Of a DNA stretch of 64,000 nt, positions 10,958 through 19,711 are shown in pieces (within the stretch, counting starts at the first letter, position 1; each line of letters starts with the position of its first letter). Origin of the DNA: an uncultured delta proteobacterium (GTDB lineage Bacteria; Desulfobacterota; Desulfobacteria; Desulfobacterales; UBA2156). Position numbers and translations under genes: made by a program. The stretch lies in NCBI GenBank assembly GCA_963736855.1, contig CAVTQK010000013.1, positions 96,384 to 160,383 of the forward strand. The letters run 5' to 3'. The notes beneath the pieces were generated by a model. That model was given only the letters and a program-made list of their open reading frames with translations. It was not told the origin of the DNA and made no database searches.

Positions 10958-13636
10958 ATGAAAAGGTCAATCATCATCCTGGGTTTTCTGGTCTTCGTTT
11001 TTCATGTAAACTTGACCGGTATGTCCCACGCCCAACGGGGGCAGGGAAGTCGGGATCCCGTGCTCTGGAACGATGCCGCCGACGTGTGGCGCGGCAAGTA
11101 TTCACCGGAGGATCTGCCCCGGTGGGAAAGCAGGCTGGAGCAGCTCAAGTCCAATGACAACGCCGTGGCCCTGTGTCACAACGTCATCGGCGTCATATAC
11201 CAGAACGAGGGAGATCTCATAAGCGCATTGAAGCATCTCAATCAGTCCCTGGAAATCACACGGAAAATCGGATTGGACAAGCTGACGGCAAGGAGTCTCA
11301 TGTGGAGCGGCATCGTATACTGGGACATAGGAAAAGGCGAGGAGGCACTCAAGAGCCTGACGGAATCCGTGGAGATCGCCCAGCGGTTGGGCAGCATAGG
11401 CATAGCCGGGACTTCGTTTCACATGCTGAGCCAAATTGCGCGAGGCAGGGGGCGCTACCGGGAGGCGATGCAATACGCGGAGCAGGCCACGCAGATCGCG
11501 AAGGACCAGGGAAACGACATGCTCATGATGCTTTCCCTGTTCGACATCGGCATGATCCACCGGTATCAGGGGAATCTTGAGAAGTCCTCGGACTATTTGA
11601 GCCGGTCCCTGGAGCTTGCCAGGAAACTGAACAACCGGAAATGGTCGGCCTTCAACCTTGGAGAACTGGGGGATATTTGTTCGCGCCGGGGAGACCACAA
11701 GTGCGCAGCCGAGAATTACCAGCAGGCAATCGATTTCTTCGGGGCCTTAGGCAACAAGAAGGGCCTGGCTCAGACCTACAACAAGATGGGCGGATCCCAT
11801 CTCCGTTTGCAGTCGATAAAACCTGCGCTTGCCTGTTTCGAGAAGTCCCACGACCTCGCCAAGGAAATAGGGATGAAGTCCCTTGTGGCACATACGTCTC
11901 TCAACATGGGAAGGGCTTACGACCGGATGGGGAGACCGGAGGACGCCCTGTCCAAGACGGATGAGGCCATCGCTTTATACCGGGAGATCGATATCCCGGA
12001 CCTGCTCAGGGAGTCCTACTTCATTAAAGGGGTCGTGCTGGAACGGAAGGGCGACATCCCCGGTGCGGAGAGAAACTACAAGGAATCGGTGAAGGTGCTC
12101 GAGACTCTCCGCCAGGATGTGGCCGGGGGCGAGGAGGAGATGCTCGCCTTTGTGGAAATGAGGGGGAAGGCCTATCAGAAACTGATCGCCATCCTCCTGA
12201 AACAGGGGAAGGCCGCCGAGGCTTTGGAGTATCTGGAGCGGAGTCGATTGCGAAAGCTCAGGGACCAGTTCGATCAATTGGTGCCCAAACTCGGAGACGA
12301 AAAGGAGGAAAAGGCAAAGGCCAGAGAGAAAGAACTCAGGGAGGAGATCGAGGGCGCCAGGACTCAGCTCGTGGAGGAAAAGTCGAAGCCGAAAGAGGTT
12401 CAGGACGCGGGGAAAATATCCCAACTGGAAACCCAGCTGGGCGAGAGGCGGCGGCAGTACATTGAATACATCAACGACCTGAGGGACAAGTTCCCGGAAC
12501 TCGCATCCCTTCTGGCCATCCAGCCCGACAGCCTGATCGACCTCCAAAGCATCCTCCCACCCCAGGCGGCGATCCTTCAGTATCTGATCCTGGAGGAGGC
12601 ATTGTACGCCTTCATCGTCACCCGCGACTCCGTTTCCCACAGGGAAATAAAGGTGTCCCAGGGGGATCTGGAGGGGAGGATCGATTTTTTCAGGAGCCTC
12701 CTGATGAACCCTCAGATCCCCTTGAACGCGGGGCCCCTGGAGCCCAAGACCCTGAGGCCGAAGGACCGAGGCCACTCCGATGCCTATGAGATGTTCATCA
12801 GCCCCTTTCTCAAGGCCTCCCAGGAACTCTACCGTCTCCTCATCAAACCCTTGGAGGCAGAGCTCTCGCAAGTCCGGCTTCTGGGCATCATCCCCAATGG
12901 AAAGCTGCACCTCCTCCCCTTTCAGGCCCTGGGGGAGACGAATTCCCAGGGCGAGTTCCGGTTCCTCCTGGAGAGCAAGTCCATCTTCTACCTGAACAGC
13001 CAGTCCATATTGAAGTTCGCCCAGAAGAGGGCCAAGGAGATCGGAGACAAGGGCACCCTCCTCGCCTTCGGCAACCCGGACAGTTCTCTCAAACACGCTG
13101 GGGAAGAGATCGATCTCATCAAGCGGATCTTCACCCCGGCCAAGGTCTATCTCGGCCCGGACGCCACCGAGGACAAGGCCAAGACGGAGCTGGCAGGGTT
13201 CAACATCCTGCACTTCGCCACCCACGGAAAAATGAAGGGAAATATCAAGGAGTCCTATATTCTCTTAGCCCCCTCGGCCGACGGCAAAGAGGACGGGAAG
13301 CTCTTCCTGAAGGAAATATGGGGACTTCCCCTGCTGGGGTATCAACTGGTCACCCTTTCCGCCTGCGAGACGGCCATGGGTAAAGAGGCCTCCGGGGATG
13401 TCATGGTGAGCCTGGAAACGGCCTTTCTCCGGGCCGGGACTCCCACCATATTGGCCTCCCTCTGGGCGGTCGACGACCAGGCAACGGGGATACTGATGAA
13501 GACCTTTTATGACAACGTGACAAAACAGGGAAAAGCGGAGGCGCTGAGGACTGCCCAGGCGGCCCTCCTGAGCGACCCGCGATACGCATATCCTTATTAT
13601 TGGGCGCCTTTCATCGTAGTCGGCGATTGGCGATAG
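10958..13636 (+). CDS. Exported TPR-repeat + CHAT (caspase HetF-like) protease
   Basis: Signal-like N-terminus, ~7 TPR-like repeats, IIPNGKLHLLPFQAL, catalytic HFATHG and LVTLSACETAMG, ASLWAVDD, PYYWAPF. Confidence 0.92.
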   Translation: MKRSIIILGFLVFVFHVNLTGMSHAQRGQGSRDPVLWNDAADVWRGKYSPEDLPRWESRLEQLKSNDNAVALCHNVIGVIYQNEGDLISALKHLNQSLEITRKIGLDKLTARSLMWSGIVYWDIGKGEEALKSLTESVEIAQRLGSIGIAGTSFHMLSQIARGRGRYREAMQYAEQATQIAKDQGNDMLMMLSLFDIGMIHRYQGNLEKSSDYLSRSLELARKLNNRKWSAFNLGELGDICSRRGDHKCAAENYQQAIDFFGALGNKKGLAQTYNKMGGSHLRLQSIKPALACFEKSHDLAKEIGMKSLVAHTSLNMGRAYDRMGRPEDALSKTDEAIALYREIDIPDLLRESYFIKGVVLERKGDIPGAERNYKESVKVLETLRQDVAGGEEEMLAFVEMRGKAYQKLIAILLKQGKAAEALEYLERSRLRKLRDQFDQLVPKLGDEKEEKAKAREKELREEIEGARTQLVEEKSKPKEVQDAGKISQLETQLGERRRQYIEYINDLRDKFPELASLLAIQPDSLIDLQSILPPQAAILQYLILEEALYAFIVTRDSVSHREIKVSQGDLEGRIDFFRSLLMNPQIPLNAGPLEPKTLRPKDRGHSDAYEMFISPFLKASQELYRLLIKPLEAELSQVRLLGIIPNGKLHLLPFQALGETNSQGEFRFLLESKSIFYLNSQSILKFAQKRAKEIGDKGTLLAFGNPDSSLKHAGEEIDLIKRIFTPAKVYLGPDATEDKAKTELAGFNILHFATHGKMKGNIKESYILLAPSADGKEDGKLFLKEIWGLPLLGYQLVTLSACETAMGKEASGDVMVSLETAFLRAGTPTILASLWAVDDQATGILMKTFYDNVTKQGKAEALRTAQAALLSDPRYAYPYYWAPFIVVGDWR

Positions 13637-13673
13637 GAATCCGCTTAAGAATCCGCATCTACGGAGGTGAAAA

Positions 13674-14648
13674 ATGATGAGAAGGATTAACGCCGTCACT
13701 CTCGCCTGCGCCCTTTCCATCATGACGGGAGCTTTTTCACCGGCCTTTGGAACCGATGCCCTTGCCCTGATCAGTTCCATTGCCGGAAAAGTGGAATTCC
13801 AGCGGGCCGGCGAGCAAAACTGGCGCACAGCCCGCATGGGAGATTCCTTGTTCGAAGGGGACGTCCTGCAAACCCATGACCGTTCAAAGGCATCCCTGTT
13901 CTTCTCCAGCGGCTCCATCGTGACCCTCCAGCCCAGGAGCCGCCTGGCGCTTTCCCTGCGGGAAACGGACGGGAAGGGCGAAGCCTCACGGGTCGCCTCC
14001 GTTTCTAAGGGAGTGATGGAAGGGATAGGGGGGATCTTCTCAGCAGAAAAAAAACGGGAGACGCTGACCGCTGTCCCGGGCATTCGAAAGCAGGTCGAGG
14101 AAGCGGAAGCAGGCGTAAGGGTCATATATCCGCGAAACAGCGCGATCCTGGATCCGCCGCCTCATTTCCGCTGGGACATGCGGGGAAAGGATCAGATGGT
14201 CATGGTTTCCCTGACAATCAAGGGAATGGGAGGCAGGCTCTGGTCCCTCAACACCAGAGACGCAGGGATCCCCTATCCGAAGGATCAAAAACAACTGGAG
14301 CGTGGGCAAACCTATTTCGTAAGGGTCGAAAGCGCGGACGATTCCAGCGCCTCCGAGGAGGTGTATTTCAGGGTACTGGATGACAGGAGCGCCGAGGAGG
14401 TGAGACGCATGGTGACCCAGATGGAAGAACTCCGGAAATCCAATCCAGATGACACCACACCCGAATTTATTCTTGCCGTGTTCTGCAGGAACAAAGGGCT
14501 GTATCATATGGCCATGGAGCGTCTTGACGGATTGGAGTTGAAAAACCCGAAGGACCGCTTCGTGCTGGATGAAAAGAAGGAGATCTTCGCAAAGATAGGC
14601 CTATGGAAGAACTGGGAAGAGGTGAACCGGAAACTCGCCGCCCAGTAG
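13674..14648 (+). CDS. Exported FecR-like domain protein with DUF928-like/TPR-like C-terminus
   Basis: Signal peptide; GKVEFQRAGEQNWRTARMGDSLFEGDVLQT...ASLFFSSGS (FecR-like); YPRNSAILDPPPHFRW, LERGQTYF. Confidence 0.7.
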   Translation: MMRRINAVTLACALSIMTGAFSPAFGTDALALISSIAGKVEFQRAGEQNWRTARMGDSLFEGDVLQTHDRSKASLFFSSGSIVTLQPRSRLALSLRETDGKGEASRVASVSKGVMEGIGGIFSAEKKRETLTAVPGIRKQVEEAEAGVRVIYPRNSAILDPPPHFRWDMRGKDQMVMVSLTIKGMGGRLWSLNTRDAGIPYPKDQKQLERGQTYFVRVESADDSSASEEVYFRVLDDRSAEEVRRMVTQMEELRKSNPDDTTPEFILAVFCRNKGLYHMAMERLDGLELKNPKDRFVLDEKKEIFAKIGLWKNWEEVNRKLAAQ

Positions 14649-14709
14649 GAAAGGGCTCGTATCTTTACACCTATCAACCCTCGCAGAATAGTGGCGAGTT
14701 GGATATAAA

Positions 14710-14845
14710 AATCCCTCCCGGCCTCCCCCTTCGACAAGCCCTTCGGTCGTGAGCCTCAGGGTCGAACGACTCAGGGCGAGCCGCATTGAAAAGGGAGGAG
14801 AACATACCCCTCTTTAGCAAAGAGGGGTCATGGGAGGTTTTTTGA
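14710..14845. repeat. Cluster of nested REP-like palindromes
   Basis: CCCTTCGACAAGC...CTCAGGG with internal CCTTCGGTCGTGAGCCTCAGGGTCGAACGAC; hairpin CCCCTCTTT-AGC-AAAGAGGGG. Confidence 0.55.
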
Positions 14846-14930
14846 AACATACCCGTTCAATTATGAGACGGGTAATATGATCTGGCGGTATCACTCCTGC
14901 TTCGTAACCGGCCTCTACAGAGAGCGCAGC

Positions 14931-16784
14931 ATGGCGGATCTTACGATTTATTCCAAAAGGCGACTTTTCATCATCGGCCTTATCATCGGAACCGGTGTCA
15001 CCCTTGCGATGTTAATGCTCTTCACAAAGGGCGCCTTTGACTTCCTGGAAAACAGGTCCATCGATTGGAGATTCCTGATGCGGGGGGAGATCGAGGCGGA
15101 CTCCCGAATCGTCGTTGTCTCCATCGATGAGACCTCATTTGCCGAATTGAACAGGAATTGGCCATGGCCCAGGACCTATTTTGCCCAATTCATCGATCGA
15201 CTGCATCAAGAAGGGGCGAAGACGATCGGCATCGATATCATCATGAGCGAACCTGATCCTGGGGATGAGGATCTGGCCGCGTCGGCAAGGTCACTCGGAA
15301 GTGTCATCTTCAACAGCAAGTTCGAGGAGACGACCCGGAGGGTGACATGGAAGGGAAAGGAGGTCGAACTCAGAGAGGAAGTGCTCAAAGGGCCTACGGA
15401 AAGCATTTCCGGATCGGGCGATGTGGGATACCTCAATCTTCCCCAGGACGGCGATGGCTTCGTGCGCAGGTTTGCCCCGGTTCGGCCCCACCAGGACCAA
15501 CTCTACGCCTCCTTCGCCCTGAAAATCACAGCCCGCTTCCTGGAAATCCCACTGGGCGATCTGAGATATTTTCCCTTCCATCGCCTCGAAGTCGGGACCC
15601 GATTCATCCCCCTGAACCACGATGACACAACATATATCAATTACGCGGGGCCTGCGGGGAAATTCAAGAGGGTATCCTTTTATCAGGTTCTGAAGGGGCT
15701 CCACGAGCCCGACTTTTTCAAGGAAAAAATCGTTTTGATCGGGCCTGCGTTTCTGGACTCCAAGGACTTCTTTTTCACCCCCTTTATGGAGACGAAGAAG
15801 GGGAAGAAGTATCCCCTGTTCGGCGTCGAGATTCAAGCCAATATAGTCAACAACATCCTCAAAGGAAGCTTCATCCAGCCTCTGCATCCCCTCCTCCAAA
15901 GGCTTATCCTTTTCCTCGGCGGTATGCTCCTGACGGTTCTCTCCCTGAGGCTGACGCCCCTGAAAGGGGCCTTTTCGGTCTCCCTGATCATCATCGCCTA
16001 TGGCATCTGCTGCATATGGCTCTTCGCCAAGGACATCCTTGCGCCGGCAGCAGCTCCCGTGTTGACCTTCGCCGCTGTTTTTTTCTCCCTCTCTGTTTTC
16101 AGGTATTTCACCGAGGAGAGAGAAAAGAGGCGGATCCGAGGCATGTTCCAGAAATATGTCTCACCGGGTGTCGCAGACAAGCTGATCGAAGATCCGAAGC
16201 AATTGCGGCTGGGAGGGGAGAAGCGGGACCTGACCGTGCTCTTTTCGGATATCCGGGGGTTTACCTCCATCTCCGAACGAATGACCCCTGAGGAGATATT
16301 GAAGCTGCTGAACGGGTATCTCACCGAGATGACCGACGTTGTCCTAAGAAACGGCGGCATGCTGGACAAGTACATAGGCGATGCAGTGATGGCCGTGTTC
16401 GGGGCCCCCCTGGAGGTGGAAAATCATGCGCTCCTGGCCTGCAGGACGGCCGTTGAGATGATGGAAGAACTCAGGGTTCTGCAGCGGGAATGGGCGGGCG
16501 AGGCAAGGCCGGTCCTGGATATCGGCATAGGGATAAACACCGGAGAAATGGTCATCGGCAACGTGGGCTCCCCCAAGCGGATGGACTACACGGTGATCGG
16601 TGACCATGTCAATCTGGCTTCCAGGCTCGAGGGGGTCAACAAGGAATTCTGCACGCACATCATCATCAGCGGATCAACATACGAGAGAGTGAAGGGAGCG
16701 GTTACGGTAAGGGCGCTTGGGGAAATCAGGGTGAAGGGAAAGGAAACCCCTGTGCCCATCTATGAACTCCTCGGCATGAAATGA
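14931..16784 (+). CDS. CHASE2-domain class III adenylate cyclase
   Basis: IVVVSIDE, WPWPR, DGDGFVRR, GVEIQAN (CHASE2), 3 TM helices, VLFSDIRGFTSISE, DKYIGDAVMAVFGAP, DYTVIGDHVNLASRLEG. Confidence 0.93.
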   Translation: MADLTIYSKRRLFIIGLIIGTGVTLAMLMLFTKGAFDFLENRSIDWRFLMRGEIEADSRIVVVSIDETSFAELNRNWPWPRTYFAQFIDRLHQEGAKTIGIDIIMSEPDPGDEDLAASARSLGSVIFNSKFEETTRRVTWKGKEVELREEVLKGPTESISGSGDVGYLNLPQDGDGFVRRFAPVRPHQDQLYASFALKITARFLEIPLGDLRYFPFHRLEVGTRFIPLNHDDTTYINYAGPAGKFKRVSFYQVLKGLHEPDFFKEKIVLIGPAFLDSKDFFFTPFMETKKGKKYPLFGVEIQANIVNNILKGSFIQPLHPLLQRLILFLGGMLLTVLSLRLTPLKGAFSVSLIIIAYGICCIWLFAKDILAPAAAPVLTFAAVFFSLSVFRYFTEEREKRRIRGMFQKYVSPGVADKLIEDPKQLRLGGEKRDLTVLFSDIRGFTSISERMTPEEILKLLNGYLTEMTDVVLRNGGMLDKYIGDAVMAVFGAPLEVENHALLACRTAVEMMEELRVLQREWAGEARPVLDIGIGINTGEMVIGNVGSPKRMDYTVIGDHVNLASRLEGVNKEFCTHIIISGSTYERVKGAVTVRALGEIRVKGKETPVPIYELLGMK

Positions 16785-16785
16785 A

Positions 16786-16942
16786 GATGAATTCGTAAAA
16801 AGTTGTTACCCTGGTGAAGCTTGTCCCGGACTCCGATCCGGGAACCGGGGTCCAGAAGAATTTTAACTTGCTGATTTTACTGGATTCCGGCTTGTTCCGG
16901 AATGACGAAAAAACGATTTCTTTGGCTTTTTACGAGTCCATC
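16786..16942. mobile_element. MITE, GATG-N4-CGTAAAAAG terminal family
   Basis: GATGAATTCGTAAAAAG...CTTTTTACGAGTCCATC flanked by direct repeat AAATGAA. Confidence 0.75.
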
Positions 16943-17284
16943 AAATGAAGGGTCCGGCGGGAAAGGAGGCTCCCCTCTTCACAGCCGGAGGGCCTGCAAC
17001 ATCTCTTTCAACTGCTTCTCCGTGGGCCGAGCAGAGGCACCTGGAAATGGTCCTCGCGACTCCGGATAAAGTAGACGCGTCCCGGCCTTATGCGGGCTGG
17101 CCAGGTCCGAACCGGACGAACCCCCTTGTCCTTCAGTAACGACGTCAGTTCGCGTCGCTCTTTCGGATATCGCATGATCAATCCTCCTTCACCCCCGTAT
17201 GCTCAATTATAGAGGGAATTGAATCATGCGACAACTACCCTGACACAGGGGGCAGGCAGGGCGGGTTAACTCCGGACCGATTTT

Positions 17285-17560
17285 TCAGAAATAAGAATCC
17301 ATGGGGTAAACCGGGTCGGAGACGTGATCCTCTGTGGAAGGCGCAACGGGGTCATCATATGTTGCTGTCTCAATCAGGGGCGGGGCATGGGCGATGGGCC
17401 CGGGTGGTCGTTTCGGCCGTCTTTGGATTGATAGACCACGGACCGGGCTTCCGGAACGTAAGTCATCCGTTCCTGGGAGAACGATGCCCGGACCTGCCTG
17501 CCGCGGCGCTATGCTTTACGGCGCAGGCAGGTGATGTACCGGGCAAGGTTTTCCATGGAC
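17285..17560 (-). mobile_element. IS91-like transposase remnant, copy B (internally deleted)
   Basis: Same RASFSQERMTY segment joined to a Pro-rich tail RPPGPIAHAPP...DPVYPMDSYF*. Confidence 0.6.
17493..17531. repeat. 39-bp palindromic insertion CCTGCCTG...CAGGCAGG
   Basis: Absent from the paralogous site at 9632/9633 (GCCCGGA|TGATGTAC); no target duplication. Confidence 0.85.
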
Positions 17561-17678
17561 GTCTTATCCCCGGGGAGGATTCTTTTGCCGCAATTAGGTA
17601 TTGAATCCGGTATGCCGCCATTTATCCGGAAGCGCGATCATACCAACTTAGATGGTGCAATTTTGTTTAAAATATGTA

Positions 17679-17800
17679 GTGAAACTCCCCGCCTTAAAAG
17701 GCGGGGCATCTTAAGCAGCTATGAAGGGGATTGCATCCCCTATAACCCCGCTCCGCATTCATCCCCGCCATAAATGGCGGGGTATTTTGCGTGTAATTTC
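17679..17800 (-). mobile_element. 122-bp non-autonomous IS200/IS605-type element (PATE-like)
   Basis: Absent from the paralogous site at 9779/9780; two subterminal hairpins CCCCGCC-N6/7-GGCGGGG; no TSD; preceded by TTTAT on the minus strand. Confidence 0.8.
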
Positions 17801-17810
17801 ATAAATTTAT

Positions 17811-18083
17811 ATGATATTTGAATGGGATCCAATCAAAAATGATTCTGACAAGAAAAAACACGGGATCGATTTTGAATCGGCCAAATTTTTATGGAACGAT
17901 CCGGATCGAATTGAAATCTTGGCGCCTTATCCTGTCGAGGATCGGTATATCCTAATTGGCAAAATCGAATCTGATCTGTGGACTGCAATTTACACAGTTA
18001 GAAAAAGAGCTGTCAGGATTATTTCAGTCCGGCGATCTCGGAAAAAAGAAAGTGAATTATATGAGAAAGAAAAACTTGGCTAA
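17811..18083 (+). CDS. BrnT-family toxin
   Basis: MIFEWDPIKN...KHGIDFESA, EDRYILIG, VRIISVRRSRKKE. Confidence 0.9.
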   Translation: MIFEWDPIKNDSDKKKHGIDFESAKFLWNDPDRIEILAPYPVEDRYILIGKIESDLWTAIYTVRKRAVRIISVRRSRKKESELYEKEKLG

Positions 18084-18324
18084 GACTACCGAAGAATTTG
18101 ACCGGCGCTTTGACCATGGGGAAGATATCCATCAAGTGATAGACCTTTCCAAGGCCATTATTAGCAAACCCGGCAAGAAGGTCCGTATTACTTTGGACGT
18201 CAGCCAGTCCTTGGTTAATGAAATTGATTCTATCCGGAAATCTATCGGCGTGGACCGCGGCGCTTTGATCAAGGTTTGGTTGTATGATCGCGTCAGGCAG
18301 GAAAAGGCATCCAAAAGACATTGA
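18061..18324 (+). CDS. BrnA/CopG-like antitoxin
   Basis: Overlaps toxin end; EEFDRRFDHGEDI, ribbon-helix-helix-like RITLDVSQSLVNEID...ALIKVWL. Confidence 0.85.
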   Translation: MRKKNLAKTTEEFDRRFDHGEDIHQVIDLSKAIISKPGKKVRITLDVSQSLVNEIDSIRKSIGVDRGALIKVWLYDRVRQEKASKRH

Positions 18325-18385
18325 TAACGCACCCCTGGCCAAGAACGAACCCGAACGCCATAAATGGCTAACTCCCCAAAATCAT

Positions 18386-18473
18386 TGGTGCCGGAGGCCG
18401 GAATTGAACCGGCATGGCCGCAAGGGCCACTGGATTTTGAGTCCAGCGCGTCTACCAGTTTCACCACTCCGGC
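18386..18473 (-). tRNA. tRNA-Leu(CAA)
   Basis: GCCGGAGTGGTGAAACTGGTAGACGCGCTGGACTCAAAATCCAGTGGCCCTTGCGGCCATGCCGGTTCAATTCCGGCCTCCGGCACCA: cloverleaf, long variable arm, anticodon CAA, encoded CCA. Confidence 0.97.
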
Positions 18474-18507
18474 ACTAAATTGTTTATAAAAAGAGAATCG
18501 GCGATTG

Positions 18508-19194
18508 TCAAGGCGATTGCGGCGCATTAACCGGCGTTGAACCAAGCGCCTCGTAGATTTCCGAGGCTGAGATTTCACCTTCCCGGATGATTTTAGGGGA
18601 ATCGAAAGTGATATCGATAATCGTGGAGCCCACACCCCCCTTGAGGGTTCCGGCGTCTAAGATCATGTCCACATGCGCCTTGACGGCAGGATCCAGGTCT
18701 GAAATGCGAAAGGCGCCAGGCCGCCCGGAAAGATTGGCGGAAGTTCCGGTGACGGGACGCCCCAGACCGGTGACGAGGGATGCGGCAACCCGGTTTCCGG
18801 TAAGGCGGATCCCGATTTTTCCTTTCTGAGCGGTCAGGCTTTTCGGAAGGCCTTTTTTAGCATGAAAGACCAGCGTCAGCCTCCCGGGCCAAAACCGATT
18901 CATCAAAAGCTTTGCCGCCGCCGGAACCTCTCTTGCCAGAGAGTTCAGCTGGGAGATGTCGCAAATCAGTATCAGGATCGGCTTGTCAGTCGGTCTTCCC
19001 TTGATTTCAAACAGGGTGTTTACGGCCCGTGCGTTGAATGCATCAACTCCCAGGCCGTAAAGGGTTAAAGTGGGAAAAACGATTACGCCGCCTTTCGAAA
19101 GAACGCCTGAAGCCTCGGCAATCCCTTCAGGTTGCGGATGCTCGGGGTCGATGTGAAGGATTTTCGGATCTTTACTGCGAAGCGGTTGCTTCAA
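18508..19194 (-). CDS. tsaC: L-threonylcarbamoyladenylate synthase (TsaC/Sua5); start uncertain
   Basis: VIVFPTLTLYGLG, IKGRPTDKP, FWPGRLTLV, TGTSANLSG, STIID. Confidence 0.9.
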   Translation of the reverse strand: MKQPLRSKDPKILHIDPEHPQPEGIAEASGVLSKGGVIVFPTLTLYGLGVDAFNARAVNTLFEIKGRPTDKPILILICDISQLNSLAREVPAAAKLLMNRFWPGRLTLVFHAKKGLPKSLTAQKGKIGIRLTGNRVAASLVTGLGRPVTGTSANLSGRPGAFRISDLDPAVKAHVDMILDAGTLKGGVGSTIIDITFDSPKIIREGEISASEIYEALGSTPVNAPQSP

Positions 19195-19711
19195 GCTTTT
19201 GGGCCTTTTCTTCCACCTGGGCGGCCATATCGGCTTTGAAGTCGTCCATCTTCTTATCCAGACGCCGGTCGGACAGCGCCAGGATCTGGACCGCCAAAAT
19301 ACCGGCATTGCGGGCGCCCGGTTTGCCGATAGCCATGGTGGCTACGGGGATTCCCGGCGGCATCTGAACTGTGGACAGGAGAGAATCGAAGCCCTGCAGG
19401 GCCGATGAATCGATGGGAACCCCAATCACCGGAAGCGTGGTGTGGGCTGCCAGGACCCCTGCCAGGTGGGCGGCATGTCCGGCGCCGGCGATCAAAATGC
19501 GGATGCCGCGATCCTTGGCTTCCGAGGCAAAAACCGCCGCTCGATGGGGGCTCCGGTGGGCCGAGGCCACTGTCATTTGGTAGGAAATCCCGAAACGTTT
19601 TAAAACAGAGGCTGCCTCGGCCATGACCTCCAGATCCGAATCGCTTCCCATGATGATCCCCACTCGGGGTGCGGCTTTCTTTGTTTTGGTTTTCCCTGGG
19701 TCCTTATTCAC
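19172..19711 (-). CDS. purE: N5-carboxyaminoimidazole ribonucleotide mutase
   Basis: IIMGSDSD, SAHRSP, AGAGHAAHLAG, PVIGVP, STVQMPPGIPVAT. Confidence 0.97.
   Translation of the reverse strand: MNKDPGKTKTKKAAPRVGIIMGSDSDLEVMAEAASVLKRFGISYQMTVASAHRSPHRAAVFASEAKDRGIRILIAGAGHAAHLAGVLAAHTTLPVIGVPIDSSALQGFDSLLSTVQMPPGIPVATMAIGKPGARNAGILAVQILALSDRRLDKKMDDFKADMAAQVEEKAQKLEATASQ

Noticed and set aside
11975..13225. 416-aa antisense ORF, and similar ones at 47540..48655, 58116..59165 and 35834..36796
   Set aside because: They lie opposite well-supported genes in GC-rich coding sequence and have no motifs; shadow ORFs
10958..13636. CHAT protease as a CRISPR-associated (Craspase-type) or gasdermin-activating protease
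   Set aside because: No Cas7-11 or gasdermin-like neighbour; the signal-like peptide and CHASE2 context favour extracytoplasmic signalling
18132..18635. 167-aa ORF spanning the tRNA
   Set aside because: It reads through tRNA-Leu and antisense to the antitoxin; spurious
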